Below are positions 27,393-36,434 of a DNA stretch of 64,000 nt, one piece after another; the stretch's first letter is position 1, and each line of letters opens with the position of its first letter. The notes under the pieces were generated by a model. That model saw nothing but the letters and a program-made list of their open reading frames with translations, was not told where the DNA came from and did not search any database. Source of the DNA: Pseudomonadota bacterium (GTDB lineage Bacteria; Pseudomonadota; Alphaproteobacteria; SHVP01); assembly GCA_027622715.1 (NCBI GenBank), contig JAQBYN010000017.1, positions 577 to 64,576 of the forward strand. The letters run 5' to 3'. The translations under genes and the position numbers were made by a program.

Positions 27393-28595
27393 TCAGGTCG
27401 ACCCAAGCACGAGTGCGGCGCGCCGTTCCGCGGCACGGTGGGCATACAGCAGAAGCACGAGGGCGGCGCTGACGCCGATCATCATCCACAGCGCGCCGTC
27501 GAAGCCGCCGGTCACGTCTGAGACCACGCCGATGGTGAGCGGGCCCAGGACACCGCCAATCTCAGCTGCGGAGAAGAACAAACCACCGGCCGCGCCCATG
27601 TGCTGCGCCTCGACACCGCGGGTTTCCATCAGGATAAGCATCGCCACGGCCATCAACGACCCTCGGCCAAGTCCCTGAACCACCAGCGACGCCACGATGC
27701 TGGACATCGCCGGACTGAAGAGCAGGACGGCGCCAACCCCGATACTCACGAACAGGACCAGGAGAATTGGAAATCGCCACCGGGGCGTGGCAAGACGCGG
27801 CACGACGAGTGATCCAACAACCCCGACAGCGACCGGCAGCGCCGCCCACAGGCCCGCCGCCGACGGTGCCATACCGCCATGGCGCAACAATTCAGGGAGC
27901 CAGTTACCCATCCCGTGAAAGAAGAAAAATATGCCGACGCTCATCGCCAGTACAAGGCCCACGGAGGGAATGCGGAGCAGCTTGCCGAAGACGGCGATTT
28001 GGTCGCCCATGGTCCCGCCCCGCTTGTTAGTCGCCTCCACCGAGCGGTTGATCGGATTTGTCGCGACGACCAACCAGGCAAAACCGGCCGCCACGATCAG
28101 GCCCGTGTGAATCAGCAACACGGAACGCCATTCGCCGCCGACGAGGGGCAACAAGACGCTGTTGGTCAACGATAGCGACAGAACGCTCCCAAGCGCTGGC
28201 CCTGTGATGTAAATCCCCATGGCGAGGCCGCGCTCCTTGCCTTGAAACCATTGAGCAATGGCCTTCGGGGCGCCGATCGAGATGAGTGGGCCGCCGATAC
28301 CGAAGAGTCCGACCGCGAAGAACATGGTCAGGTAGTCCGGCGCAACCGACCTTAAACCGCCGGACATGGCCATGATCATTGCCGCGAGGAAAAGCGACCA
28401 TTTCAGTCCCACGCGATCGACAAACGCGCCGCATGGAATCGCCACGACGATATAGACCAGCGGCCAAGCACCGAGAATGCTCCCCATCGCTGTATGGCTG
28501 ATGCCGAGATCGTTGGTGATCCGCGCGAGCATCGGCGCCATCGCGGCCGACAGCAGGCCGAACGAGAAATAGATCAACCAGACGCCGCCGAGCAT
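27393..28595 (-). CDS. MFS transporter (CynX/NimT-like). Tandem paralog A.
   Basis: 400 aa. It shares WLIYFSFGL and GLAMGIYxTGPALG blocks with 28671..29939. Confidence 0.8.
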   Translation of the reverse strand: MLGGVWLIYFSFGLLSAAMAPMLARITNDLGISHTAMGSILGAWPLVYIVVAIPCGAFVDRVGLKWSLFLAAMIMAMSGGLRSVAPDYLTMFFAVGLFGIGGPLISIGAPKAIAQWFQGKERGLAMGIYITGPALGSVLSLSLTNSVLLPLVGGEWRSVLLIHTGLIVAAGFAWLVVATNPINRSVEATNKRGGTMGDQIAVFGKLLRIPSVGLVLAMSVGIFFFFHGMGNWLPELLRHGGMAPSAAGLWAALPVAVGVVGSLVVPRLATPRWRFPILLVLFVSIGVGAVLLFSPAMSSIVASLVVQGLGRGSLMAVAMLILMETRGVEAQHMGAAGGLFFSAAEIGGVLGPLTIGVVSDVTGGFDGALWMMIGVSAALVLLLYAHRAAERRAALVLGST

Positions 28596-28670
28596 GGCCC
28601 AACGAAAGGGATGTTCGTGCGGCGTGATCGCTGCCTCGGACGTTGACGCGATATTCAGAATCTCACTCCC

Positions 28671-29939
28671 CTAGGAAATCGCCGCGGTCGCTGTCTCTCG
28701 TCGCACCACACGGCGATGCGCCGCCAGCAGCAATACCAGAACAACGCTCACCACCGCTAACACCAATAGCGGTGCGGCAAATGTTCCGGTGACCTCAAAC
28801 AGGACGCCGAAACTGAGTGGACCGAAGACCCCGCCAATCTCCGCCGCCGTGAAAAAGAGCCCGCCCGCCGCGCCGATCTGGTGGCTGGCGACCCCACGCG
28901 TGTCCATCAGCGTCATGAGTGCGACGGTCATCAGCGCGCCCCGCGCAATGCCATGCGCGACAAAGGCGGCGCCGAGAAGAACCGGATTCGGCGACATCAG
29001 AAAGACCGCGCCCAAACCCATGCAGAGAAATAGCATCAACAAAACGGCAGTCCGCCGCTCCGGCGTCGCCAGGCGCGACACGATCAGCGAAGCGACAACG
29101 CCAACGGCGACCGGTGCCGAGGCCAACAACCCTGCCGGGCCAGCGGCGATGCCGTGGGCGATTAGGATTTCCGGCAACCAATTGGTTGTCGCGTCGTAGA
29201 AGTAGAAAATCCCCACACTCATCGCGAGGATGAGGACGACGGCCGGTACTCTCAGAAGATTGGCGTAGACCGCGACCTGATGGCGGATCGTGCCACGACC
29301 GCCCGCCTCGTCACCGGTATCGGCCTGGCGAAACGCGGCCCGGGACGAGAGCGCGAGCCAGTAGAGTCCGCCTGCCACCATGAACACCGCATAAATCGCC
29401 AGCACCAGCCGCCACCGCCCGCCGGTGAGCGGCATCAGCACCGTGTTCGACGTCGCCAATGCGGCGATTCCACCGAGCGCAGGGCCGGTGAAGTAGATGC
29501 CCATCGCCAACCCCCGCTCGCGCCCGCTGAACCATTTGGCGATCGCTTTCGGGGTGGTGATCGACAGCAACGGTCCGCCGATTCCAAATAACGCGACGGC
29601 GAAGAACAGGCTCCAGAAATCAACGGCCAGCCCGCGCGTGATCGCCGATACCGCCATGATCGCGGCCGCGATCAACAAGGACCGCCGGGTCCCAAGCCGG
29701 TCGACCAGCGCGCCGCACGGGATCGACGCAAACACATAGAACAGCGGCCACGCGCTGAGCACGGTGCCCATTGCCGAATAACTTAGTCCCAGCGCGGCAC
29801 TTACCGGCCCCACCAACGGCGCCAGCCCGTTTATCTGAAGACCGAAGGAGAAATAGATCAGCCAAATGCCGCTAAGAACCACCCAGCGGTACGACGTTTC
29901 GTGCGCCACCGGCGAGGGCGCCACGGTCACGGTCGTCAC
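28671..29939 (-). CDS. MFS transporter (CynX/NimT-like). Tandem paralog B.
   Basis: 422 aa. Confidence 0.8.
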   Translation of the reverse strand: MTTVTVAPSPVAHETSYRWVVLSGIWLIYFSFGLQINGLAPLVGPVSAALGLSYSAMGTVLSAWPLFYVFASIPCGALVDRLGTRRSLLIAAAIMAVSAITRGLAVDFWSLFFAVALFGIGGPLLSITTPKAIAKWFSGRERGLAMGIYFTGPALGGIAALATSNTVLMPLTGGRWRLVLAIYAVFMVAGGLYWLALSSRAAFRQADTGDEAGGRGTIRHQVAVYANLLRVPAVVLILAMSVGIFYFYDATTNWLPEILIAHGIAAGPAGLLASAPVAVGVVASLIVSRLATPERRTAVLLMLFLCMGLGAVFLMSPNPVLLGAAFVAHGIARGALMTVALMTLMDTRGVASHQIGAAGGLFFTAAEIGGVFGPLSFGVLFEVTGTFAAPLLVLAVVSVVLVLLLAAHRRVVRRETATAAIS

Positions 29940-29948
29940 GCGCGGTGT

Positions 29949-31010
29949 CTAAAGAATGCCCAAGGCACCGATGTGTCGCCGCGTCCGTTCGCCGAACCAA
30001 TCAAGATCGGGATTGAGGAGCGTCGTGTGCCCCACGGCATTTACGTTTCCGGCAAAGCCGATCAAAAAGCGCAACTCCTTGGCTGCGTAGAACAGCGGCA
30101 TCAACGCACGTTCAGCTGCGCTCATCGGGCGGGTGCTTTCGTATCCCGCCACAAAGGACTGGTTGATGGCATCGTCGACTCCGCCGATGTAATCGTTGGC
30201 CCAAGTGAAACTGCTGATCTCCGCGGCCCAGTGGTCGACGCCGCAATTATCGAAGTCCAGCAGGACAATCTCGCCGTTGTCGATGAAGGCGTTGAAGCTG
30301 TGAAAGTCGCCGTGGCTCGGCCCCTTGGGCGCGTCCGCCTCGGGGAGCCGCTTCAACGCATTGGCGATTGCGTCGACCGCCCGCGCATACCATGCGCTGT
30401 CCCCCGCGCGGTGCGCCACCATGCGCTGTAGGTCCGGCAGGCCGCGCCGCAATTGCCCGCTGCTATCGACCTGCCGCACCTCTTTGGGCGCGAACTTTTT
30501 GGCAGTCACGTGCAACCGCCCAAATAGTGCGCCCAAGCGGTGCGCGGTCTCGGGATAGGGGTTATCGGCAAATGGCGCCCCAGCCGCCCAACGGAACAAC
30601 GACAGATAGCGCGCGCCTTCTGGCGCACGCAGTGGAACGTATAGCGCGCCGTCGCGCGTCGGCAACGCCGCTGGCACCGGGATGCCGGCATCGTCGAGGA
30701 AGTTGAGAAATGCCGTTTCATAGGCGACGTCGGCTTCGCTGCGAAATCCAGAGCGCCACACACGGCTCGCATAGGTCGTCTCGCCGCCGCGAATGAGATA
30801 CACGTCGTTCATCCCGCGCGTCAGCAATTCGCAGTGGACCGGTTGCGGCAAGTCGTAGGCCCCGGCGATGAGATCACGCAGCGCGGGTGAATCAAGAATT
30901 GAGTGCGCAATCGGCAAAACCTTGGCGGCCATCGTCGTGTCCTTGGGTGTCAGGGGAATCGTCGAAGAACGGGCCGCAGTGTAAGGGGCCGGGCCGCCGC
31001 CACCAATCAC
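29949..31010 (-). CDS. Phosphotransferase, APH/choline-kinase fold. Paralog 3 of 3.
   Basis: It carries RGMNDVY, HGDFHSFN and DFD motifs. Confidence 0.8.
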   Translation of the reverse strand: MIGGGGPAPYTAARSSTIPLTPKDTTMAAKVLPIAHSILDSPALRDLIAGAYDLPQPVHCELLTRGMNDVYLIRGGETTYASRVWRSGFRSEADVAYETAFLNFLDDAGIPVPAALPTRDGALYVPLRAPEGARYLSLFRWAAGAPFADNPYPETAHRLGALFGRLHVTAKKFAPKEVRQVDSSGQLRRGLPDLQRMVAHRAGDSAWYARAVDAIANALKRLPEADAPKGPSHGDFHSFNAFIDNGEIVLLDFDNCGVDHWAAEISSFTWANDYIGGVDDAINQSFVAGYESTRPMSAAERALMPLFYAAKELRFLIGFAGNVNAVGHTTLLNPDLDWFGERTRRHIGALGIL

Positions 31011-31115
31011 CTTCGCTCACGTTGCCCAACCCACGAGGTTTGTGGCGGTTTCGGTGGACAAGGCGCGCAGTCGCTGCATATTGCTAGGCCACCCCCGCGC
31101 GTTCCCGGAGACCCC

Positions 31116-31757
31116 ATGCGGCTTTCGCCCACTGAGACCGATGTTTTACTGGTCATTGACGTGCAAAACGACTTTTGCACGGGCGGCGCGCTGGCCGTTC
31201 CAAATGGCGACGACATTGTGCCGATTATTAACCGCTTGCAGGATCGTTTCCCGAATGTCGTCCTGACGCAGGACTGGCACCCCGCCGACCACACGTCATT
31301 CGCCTCGCAGCACAAAGGCAAAAACGCATTCGATACGGTGACAGCGGCTTATGGCGCGCAGGTGTTATGGCCGGATCATTGCGTACAGAACACGCCTGGC
31401 GCGGACCTCCACGCAGATCTCGCATCAGCTCACGCTCAACTCATCATCCGCAAGGGGTTTCGCCGGGCCGTCGACTCATACTCGGCGTTCTTTGAGAATG
31501 ATCGGACCACGCCGACTGGTCTTACCGGATACCTACGCGAGCGCGGGATCGACCGCGTGTTTTTGACCGGACTCGCGACCGACGTGTGCGTCCGGTTCAG
31601 CGCGATGGATGCGCGCAACGAGGGGTTCGACACCTTGCTTATCATCGACGCCTGTCGCGGGCTGAGTGACGACGCCGTCAGCAAGGCCGTTACCGCAATG
31701 AAGGAGGCCGGGGTGCGCATCATGGAATCTTTTGCCGTCACCGGGGTCGCGGCATGA
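31116..31757 (+). CDS. pncA: Nicotinamidase/pyrazinamidase (isochorismatase family).
   Basis: ATG at 31116 with LLVIDVQNDFC and the catalytic Cys in GLATDVCV. The track ORF 30903.. adds a spurious N-terminus. Confidence 0.8.
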   Translation: MRLSPTETDVLLVIDVQNDFCTGGALAVPNGDDIVPIINRLQDRFPNVVLTQDWHPADHTSFASQHKGKNAFDTVTAAYGAQVLWPDHCVQNTPGADLHADLASAHAQLIIRKGFRRAVDSYSAFFENDRTTPTGLTGYLRERGIDRVFLTGLATDVCVRFSAMDARNEGFDTLLIIDACRGLSDDAVSKAVTAMKEAGVRIMESFAVTGVAA

Positions 31758-32737
31758 CCCAATTTGTCACCCTGGACGAAATTCGCGCCGCGCATGACAG
31801 CCTGCCCGGGATCATTCGCCGCACACCGATTGTGCCGCTGGCGCGGGACTCTGGCGAAGTGGGCCGCGAATCGCTGTTCCTCAAGCTGGAGAATCTTCAA
31901 GTCACCGGCGCCTACAAGGTGCGCGCGGCGTTCAACATGATCCGCGTGTTGGGGCCGCAAAATCTCAAACGCGGGTTGGTCCTCACTTCTTCAGGGAACT
32001 TCGCGCAGGCGTTCGCGTTGGCGGGGCGGCTCTATGATGTGCCGATCGTCGTGGTGATGATGGACCGCACCAGCCCGTTCAAGGTCGAGGCGGCACGCGG
32101 CTATGGCGCTGAAGTGGTGTTTTGCGGCGATGATGCCTTGGCCCGCCAACCGACCGCCGAACGGGTCGCGACCGAACGCGGCATGACTGTCATCGACACC
32201 TGGGAGGAACGCCCCATCCCGGCCGGCCACGGCAGCATCGGCCTGGAATTGCTCGAACAAATGCCCGACGTCGCATGCGTGTTGGCACCCGTGAGCAGCA
32301 GCGGCCTCATTGCCGGCGTCGCGACGGCGATCAAAGAAACCGCGCCGCACGTCAAGGTAATCGGCGTCCAGCCTGAGCGCGCCAACGCGGCCTATGTCTC
32401 GCGTGAGCGCGGCGTGCCCACGACAATCGACTACTGGGACAGCATGGCGGATGGGTTGTCGGCCGTGCGACCCGGCGCGTTTCCGTTCGCGCATGTGCAA
32501 CGCTACGTCGACGATATCGTTCTGATTGGCGAAGCCGACATCGCTGCCGCGTTTCGCACCTTGCTTTATCGCGGCAAGGTCTTGGGCGAGCCTGCCGGGG
32601 TGGTAGCGGCAGCTGGCTTTCTGTCGGGCCGCGTTCCTTCCGACCAAAAGACCGTTGCGCTAGTCACCGGTGGGAACATTGCCCCAGACCTGGTTCGCCA
32701 TTTGTTGTCCGACCCGAGCGAGCACTCTCCACAATAA
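31754..32737 (+). CDS. PLP-dependent threonine/serine dehydratase (fold-type II).
   Basis: 327 aa. The PLP-lysine context is TGAYKVR. It overlaps the pncA stop as ATGA. Confidence 0.8.
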   Translation: MTQFVTLDEIRAAHDSLPGIIRRTPIVPLARDSGEVGRESLFLKLENLQVTGAYKVRAAFNMIRVLGPQNLKRGLVLTSSGNFAQAFALAGRLYDVPIVVVMMDRTSPFKVEAARGYGAEVVFCGDDALARQPTAERVATERGMTVIDTWEERPIPAGHGSIGLELLEQMPDVACVLAPVSSSGLIAGVATAIKETAPHVKVIGVQPERANAAYVSRERGVPTTIDYWDSMADGLSAVRPGAFPFAHVQRYVDDIVLIGEADIAAAFRTLLYRGKVLGEPAGVVAAAGFLSGRVPSDQKTVALVTGGNIAPDLVRHLLSDPSEHSPQ

Positions 32738-32741
32738 GAAA

Positions 32742-32768
32742 GGACCGCCCAGTTGCCTGCGGCGGTCC
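32742..32768 (+). terminator. Hairpin GGACCGCC-N11-GGCGGTCC immediately after the dehydratase stop.
   Basis: Perfect 8-bp stem followed by TAATCTC. Confidence 0.4.
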
Positions 32769-32889
32769 TAATCTCGGATGTGGCGAATGACTGCGTTAGG
32801 GGGGAGTCATTCGGCCATCCAACCTAGCGAATATCCATCTCTCGCAACACAGGGGCCGGGAGGCAGCGGGAGCGGATGTTCAGCTTAGG

Positions 32890-32997
32890 CTATTTCTTCC
32901 CGAAGCCGGGTTTCGCCGCAGGTTTCGCAGAAACGCCAGGTTTTGCGGCGGGCTTCGCAGACGACGCGGGCTTCGCGCCGGGTTTCTTCGTGTCCAT
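32890..32997 (-). CDS. Small 35-aa Lys/Pro/Ala-repeat protein, MDTKKPGAKPASSAKPAAKPGVSAKPAAKPGFGKK. It is not in the ORF track because it is under 60 aa.
   Basis: I reverse-complemented it by hand. ATG is at 32997 with a GGAGAG SD 8 nt upstream, and a TAG stop at 32890-92. The repeat AKPA/AKPG recurs four times. It is GC3-rich like the host genes. Confidence 0.4.
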   Translation of the reverse strand: MDTKKPGAKPASSAKPAAKPGVSAKPAAKPGFGKK

Positions 32998-33113
32998 GTG
33001 AGGTGCTCTCCAATAAACCAGCATGTGCTGGCAGAAGTATTTATAGATCACGCCCTACCATCGGACAATCAAATGTTTTAAGTACTTAATATCGATTTTT
33101 ACGATGGTATGTC

Positions 33114-34013
33114 ATGGACGACACACAGGCGCGCACCTTCCTCGAAATCATCGAGGCGGGCACATTTGTGGCGGCGGCTGAACGGTTAAACGTCACGCAA
33201 TCCACCGTCAGCGCACGGATAAAGGAACTTGAACTGACGCTTGGGCGACCGCTTTTTCTTCGCGGTCGTGCGGGGGCGACGCTCACGCCCGCCGGGCACC
33301 GGCTGCGCCGTCACGCCACCGCGATCCTGCGCGTGTGGCAACAAGCAAAGCAGGAGGTCGCGCTGCCGGCGGCATATCGCGCGAGCTTGCGCATCGGCGG
33401 CCAACTCAGTTTGTGGGACCGCGTCCTGGTACGTTGGTTGGGCCGCCTCCGCGCGGAGATGCCGGATGTCGCGTTGCAGGGCGAGGTAACCCAGCCCGAA
33501 GGCCTCATGCGGCAAATGACCGAGGGCTTTCTAGACGTCGCCATTCTTTACTCGCCGGAATCTCGGTCGGGGCTCATCGTCGAGCCCCTTCTCGAAGAGA
33601 CGCTGGAGCTGGTGAGCAGCGCGGCGAATTACGCCGACTCGCCCAACGTTCCTTATGTCTTTGTCGACTGGGGACCGGAGTTCCTGAATAGCCATCAACA
33701 AATCTTTGCTGACACCGAAACCCCTGGGCTTCACGTGAGCGTCGGAGTCATTGGCCTGCAATACATTTTGGAGTTTGGGGGGGCCGGCTATTTTCCGACC
33801 CGCGTGGTTCAACCGCTTATCGAGCGCGGCAGACTCTTTCGCGTCGAGGGCACGCCGTCTTTCGCGCGGCCGGCGTTCGCGGTGTACCGCAGCGACGACA
33901 AGAGTGCCGAGCTTGCTGCTGCGCTGGTTTGTTTGCGGACTCTTATCGCCGAAGAACCGGCGATCCACCCCGACGCGGTCAGCGCTTCTTCTTCGCCGCC
34001 GCTGCCTTCCTGA
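33114..34013 (+). CDS. LysR family transcriptional regulator.
   Basis: It has an N-terminal HTH (TQSTVSARIKELE) and a LysR substrate-binding domain. Confidence 0.85.
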   Translation: MDDTQARTFLEIIEAGTFVAAAERLNVTQSTVSARIKELELTLGRPLFLRGRAGATLTPAGHRLRRHATAILRVWQQAKQEVALPAAYRASLRIGGQLSLWDRVLVRWLGRLRAEMPDVALQGEVTQPEGLMRQMTEGFLDVAILYSPESRSGLIVEPLLEETLELVSSAANYADSPNVPYVFVDWGPEFLNSHQQIFADTETPGLHVSVGVIGLQYILEFGGAGYFPTRVVQPLIERGRLFRVEGTPSFARPAFAVYRSDDKSAELAAALVCLRTLIAEEPAIHPDAVSASSSPPLPS

Positions 34014-34776
34014 ACTGGGGTTTGCGCTTGGCGCGAAAGGCCCGCTCGCCTTCCCGACCCTCGGGCGAATCGTAGTACAGACGCACCGCGATGTTGCCGA
34101 GATTGGAGAGGCCGCGAATCGATTCGGTCTCAGCGTTGAACGCACGCTTGCCCAGGGCGATCGCGGTCGGGCTCATTTGCAAGATTTCGTCGCACCAGCG
34201 CCGCACTTCGCCATCAAGCCGCGCGTCGGGCACGACGGCGTTCACCAGCCCCATCTCCATGGCCTCGTGCGCTGTGTAGCGGCGACACAAGAACCAGATT
34301 TCTTTAGCCTTCTTTTGACCGACATGGCGCGCCAACAAGTTGGTGCCGAACCCGGGATCGACCGAGCCCATTTTTGGACCGGCTTGGCCGAATACCGCGC
34401 TCTCGCCGGCAACCGTCAGGTCGCAAATCGTCGCCAGCACGTTACCGCCGCCGATGCACCAGCCGCGCACTTTGGCGATCACCGGCTTGGGCGCATCGCG
34501 CATGATCGAGTGCAGTTCCTCAATCGGTAAACCAATGGTGCCGCGACCATCGTAGACGCCGTCATGCGCGCCCTGGTCGCCGCCGGAGGAGAACGCTTTC
34601 TTTCCCGCGCCCGTCAGGACGATCACACCGATATCGTCGTTCCACGCGGCTTTATTGAAGGCGTCGACAAGTTCTTCGCAGGTTTGCCCGCGAAACGCAT
34701 TGTGCACTTCGGGACGGTTGATGGTGATTGTCGCGACGCTATCGCGCACCGTGTACTTGATGTCTTTGAACGCCAC
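33979..34776 (-). CDS. Crotonase-fold enzyme of the MenB/BadI subfamily (naphthoate synthase / 2-ketocyclohexanecarboxyl-CoA hydrolase-like).
   Basis: It has the GGDQ motif, and its C-terminus (EGREGERAFRAKRKPQF) mirrors the MenB tail. A short KAAAAKKKR extension follows. Confidence 0.75.
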   Translation of the reverse strand: MAFKDIKYTVRDSVATITINRPEVHNAFRGQTCEELVDAFNKAAWNDDIGVIVLTGAGKKAFSSGGDQGAHDGVYDGRGTIGLPIEELHSIMRDAPKPVIAKVRGWCIGGGNVLATICDLTVAGESAVFGQAGPKMGSVDPGFGTNLLARHVGQKKAKEIWFLCRRYTAHEAMEMGLVNAVVPDARLDGEVRRWCDEILQMSPTAIALGKRAFNAETESIRGLSNLGNIAVRLYYDSPEGREGERAFRAKRKPQFRKAAAAKKKR

Positions 34777-34777
34777 G

Positions 34778-36337
34778 TCAGGTTTGTCCTTGCCAGTAGG
34801 GTTTGCGCAGATCGGCCTTCATGACCTTGCCCGCTGGGTTGCGCGGCAATTCGTCACGAATTTCTATTGATGCAATGCGCTGGTGCTTGCCGAGTCGTTC
34901 GTTGGCCCAGGTCCGCATCGCGTCCAAGTCAGGTGCCGCGTCCGAGGTCGGCACGATCAACGCCAGCGGGGTTTCGCCCCAGCGTTCGTGCGGAATACCG
35001 ATGACACACAAATCGTAAACGTCGGGATGGGCGCCCAGAACGCGCTCGATATCGGCCGGGAACACGTTGTAACCGCCCGACACGATCATGTCCTTCTTGC
35101 GGTCGAGCAGAAAGAGAAAGCCGTCCTCGTCGAGCCGCCCGATATCGCCCGAGCGTAGAAAGGTTCGCCCACTGCCGGGCTCACGCCAGATCGCGGCTTC
35201 GGTCTGTTCGGGGCTGTTGTGATACCCCTTCATCAGGATCGGACTGTGACCAACGATTTCGCCAGCTTCGCCTTGCGGCAATTCCTTGCCGGCATGGTCG
35301 ATGATGCGGATATCATTGCCCAACATCGCGCGCCCCACCGACACGATTTTTGCCGGCAAATCCTCCGGCCGCACGATTGTCGCGAAGCCTTCGGTCAGTC
35401 CATAGACCTCGTAGTAGCCGCACGGGAATGCGTCCAACATGCGGCGCTTGATACCCTCGCGCATGTGCGAGCCGACAGTTGCGAGCGTCTTTAACGACGA
35501 GAGGTCGCGCGTCTGCGCCGCGGGCGAATCAAGAATTACCTGATATTGGGCCGGCACCATAACCGTCGCCGAGCCGTGCCAGCGCTCGACCAAGCGGCAC
35601 CATTCTTCGGCCTCGAACTTCGGCATGATGACCGTGCTGGCGCCAAACAGGAACGCGCACAACAGCAGTGTCCACGCGGTATTCGAGTGCAACGCCGTTG
35701 TGACGATAAAGACCGAATCGGTGTTGAAGTGCTGTTCCGAACTCATCAGATAGGCGTGATTGAGACGGCAATAGTGCGTCAACACGATCCCCTTGGGGAC
35801 GCCCGTCGTGCCCGACGAATAAATCAGACAGGCATCGTCATCGGGCTCAATTCGGATTTGGGGCGCGTCTTCGCGCGCAGCCGCAAACCAATCGTCGAAC
35901 GTCCGCCAACCCGGCCCCGCACCACCGATGGCAATAAACGCGGCGGCATCGACGGTCAGTTCGGCGCGGATACTGTCGATGCGCTCCAGATAGGCATCGC
36001 TCACGATCAATACCTTGGCGCCGCAATCGGCAATCATCGTGGCTAGGCTGTCTGCGGTCACGATTGTCGGCAGCGACGCCACCGCAGCCCCCGCTTTCAG
36101 CGTGCCGAAATAAGCGCATACCGCATCGCTGCTGTTGTCGGCAAGAATGCCAACCTTGTCGCCGCGCCCGACGCCCAGCGCGGCCAGCGCATGGGCGATG
36201 CGATTTTGGCGCCGCTCAAAGGCCCCCCAGCTGAGCACGACGTCATTGCAGATCAGTGCAGGTTTCTCGGGATGGCGCCGCGCGTGCAGCGCCATGTGCT
36301 CGGGGATCAAAATGGCGGGGATGTCGAATCTGGTCAT
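34778..36337 (-). CDS. AMP-dependent acyl-CoA / aryl-CoA ligase.
   Basis: The motif is YSSGTTGVPKG. The start is MTRFDIP. The track adds 43 spurious N-terminal codons. Confidence 0.8.
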   Translation of the reverse strand: MTRFDIPAILIPEHMALHARRHPEKPALICNDVVLSWGAFERRQNRIAHALAALGVGRGDKVGILADNSSDAVCAYFGTLKAGAAVASLPTIVTADSLATMIADCGAKVLIVSDAYLERIDSIRAELTVDAAAFIAIGGAGPGWRTFDDWFAAAREDAPQIRIEPDDDACLIYSSGTTGVPKGIVLTHYCRLNHAYLMSSEQHFNTDSVFIVTTALHSNTAWTLLLCAFLFGASTVIMPKFEAEEWCRLVERWHGSATVMVPAQYQVILDSPAAQTRDLSSLKTLATVGSHMREGIKRRMLDAFPCGYYEVYGLTEGFATIVRPEDLPAKIVSVGRAMLGNDIRIIDHAGKELPQGEAGEIVGHSPILMKGYHNSPEQTEAAIWREPGSGRTFLRSGDIGRLDEDGFLFLLDRKKDMIVSGGYNVFPADIERVLGAHPDVYDLCVIGIPHERWGETPLALIVPTSDAAPDLDAMRTWANERLGKHQRIASIEIRDELPRNPAGKVMKADLRKPYWQGQT

Positions 36338-36434
36338 GGCCGCTGCAGTCTCGCGGCGCAGGCGGTGTCGCGCAAGTCCATCGCTTGCGGCCAACTCGCG
36401 ACAGCGCCACACTGCGCACGCAGAGGGGAAACAA

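Noticed and set aside
30903-31115. Upstream extension of the pncA ORF in the track.
   Set aside because: It overlaps the divergent APH kinase start region. The conserved isochorismatase fold begins at the ATG at 31116.
33979-34013. 35-bp convergent overlap between the LysR gene and the crotonase gene, as a possible mis-call.
   Set aside because: Both ORFs have strong family features up to their ends. Convergent 3' overlaps are common in compact GC-rich genomes.
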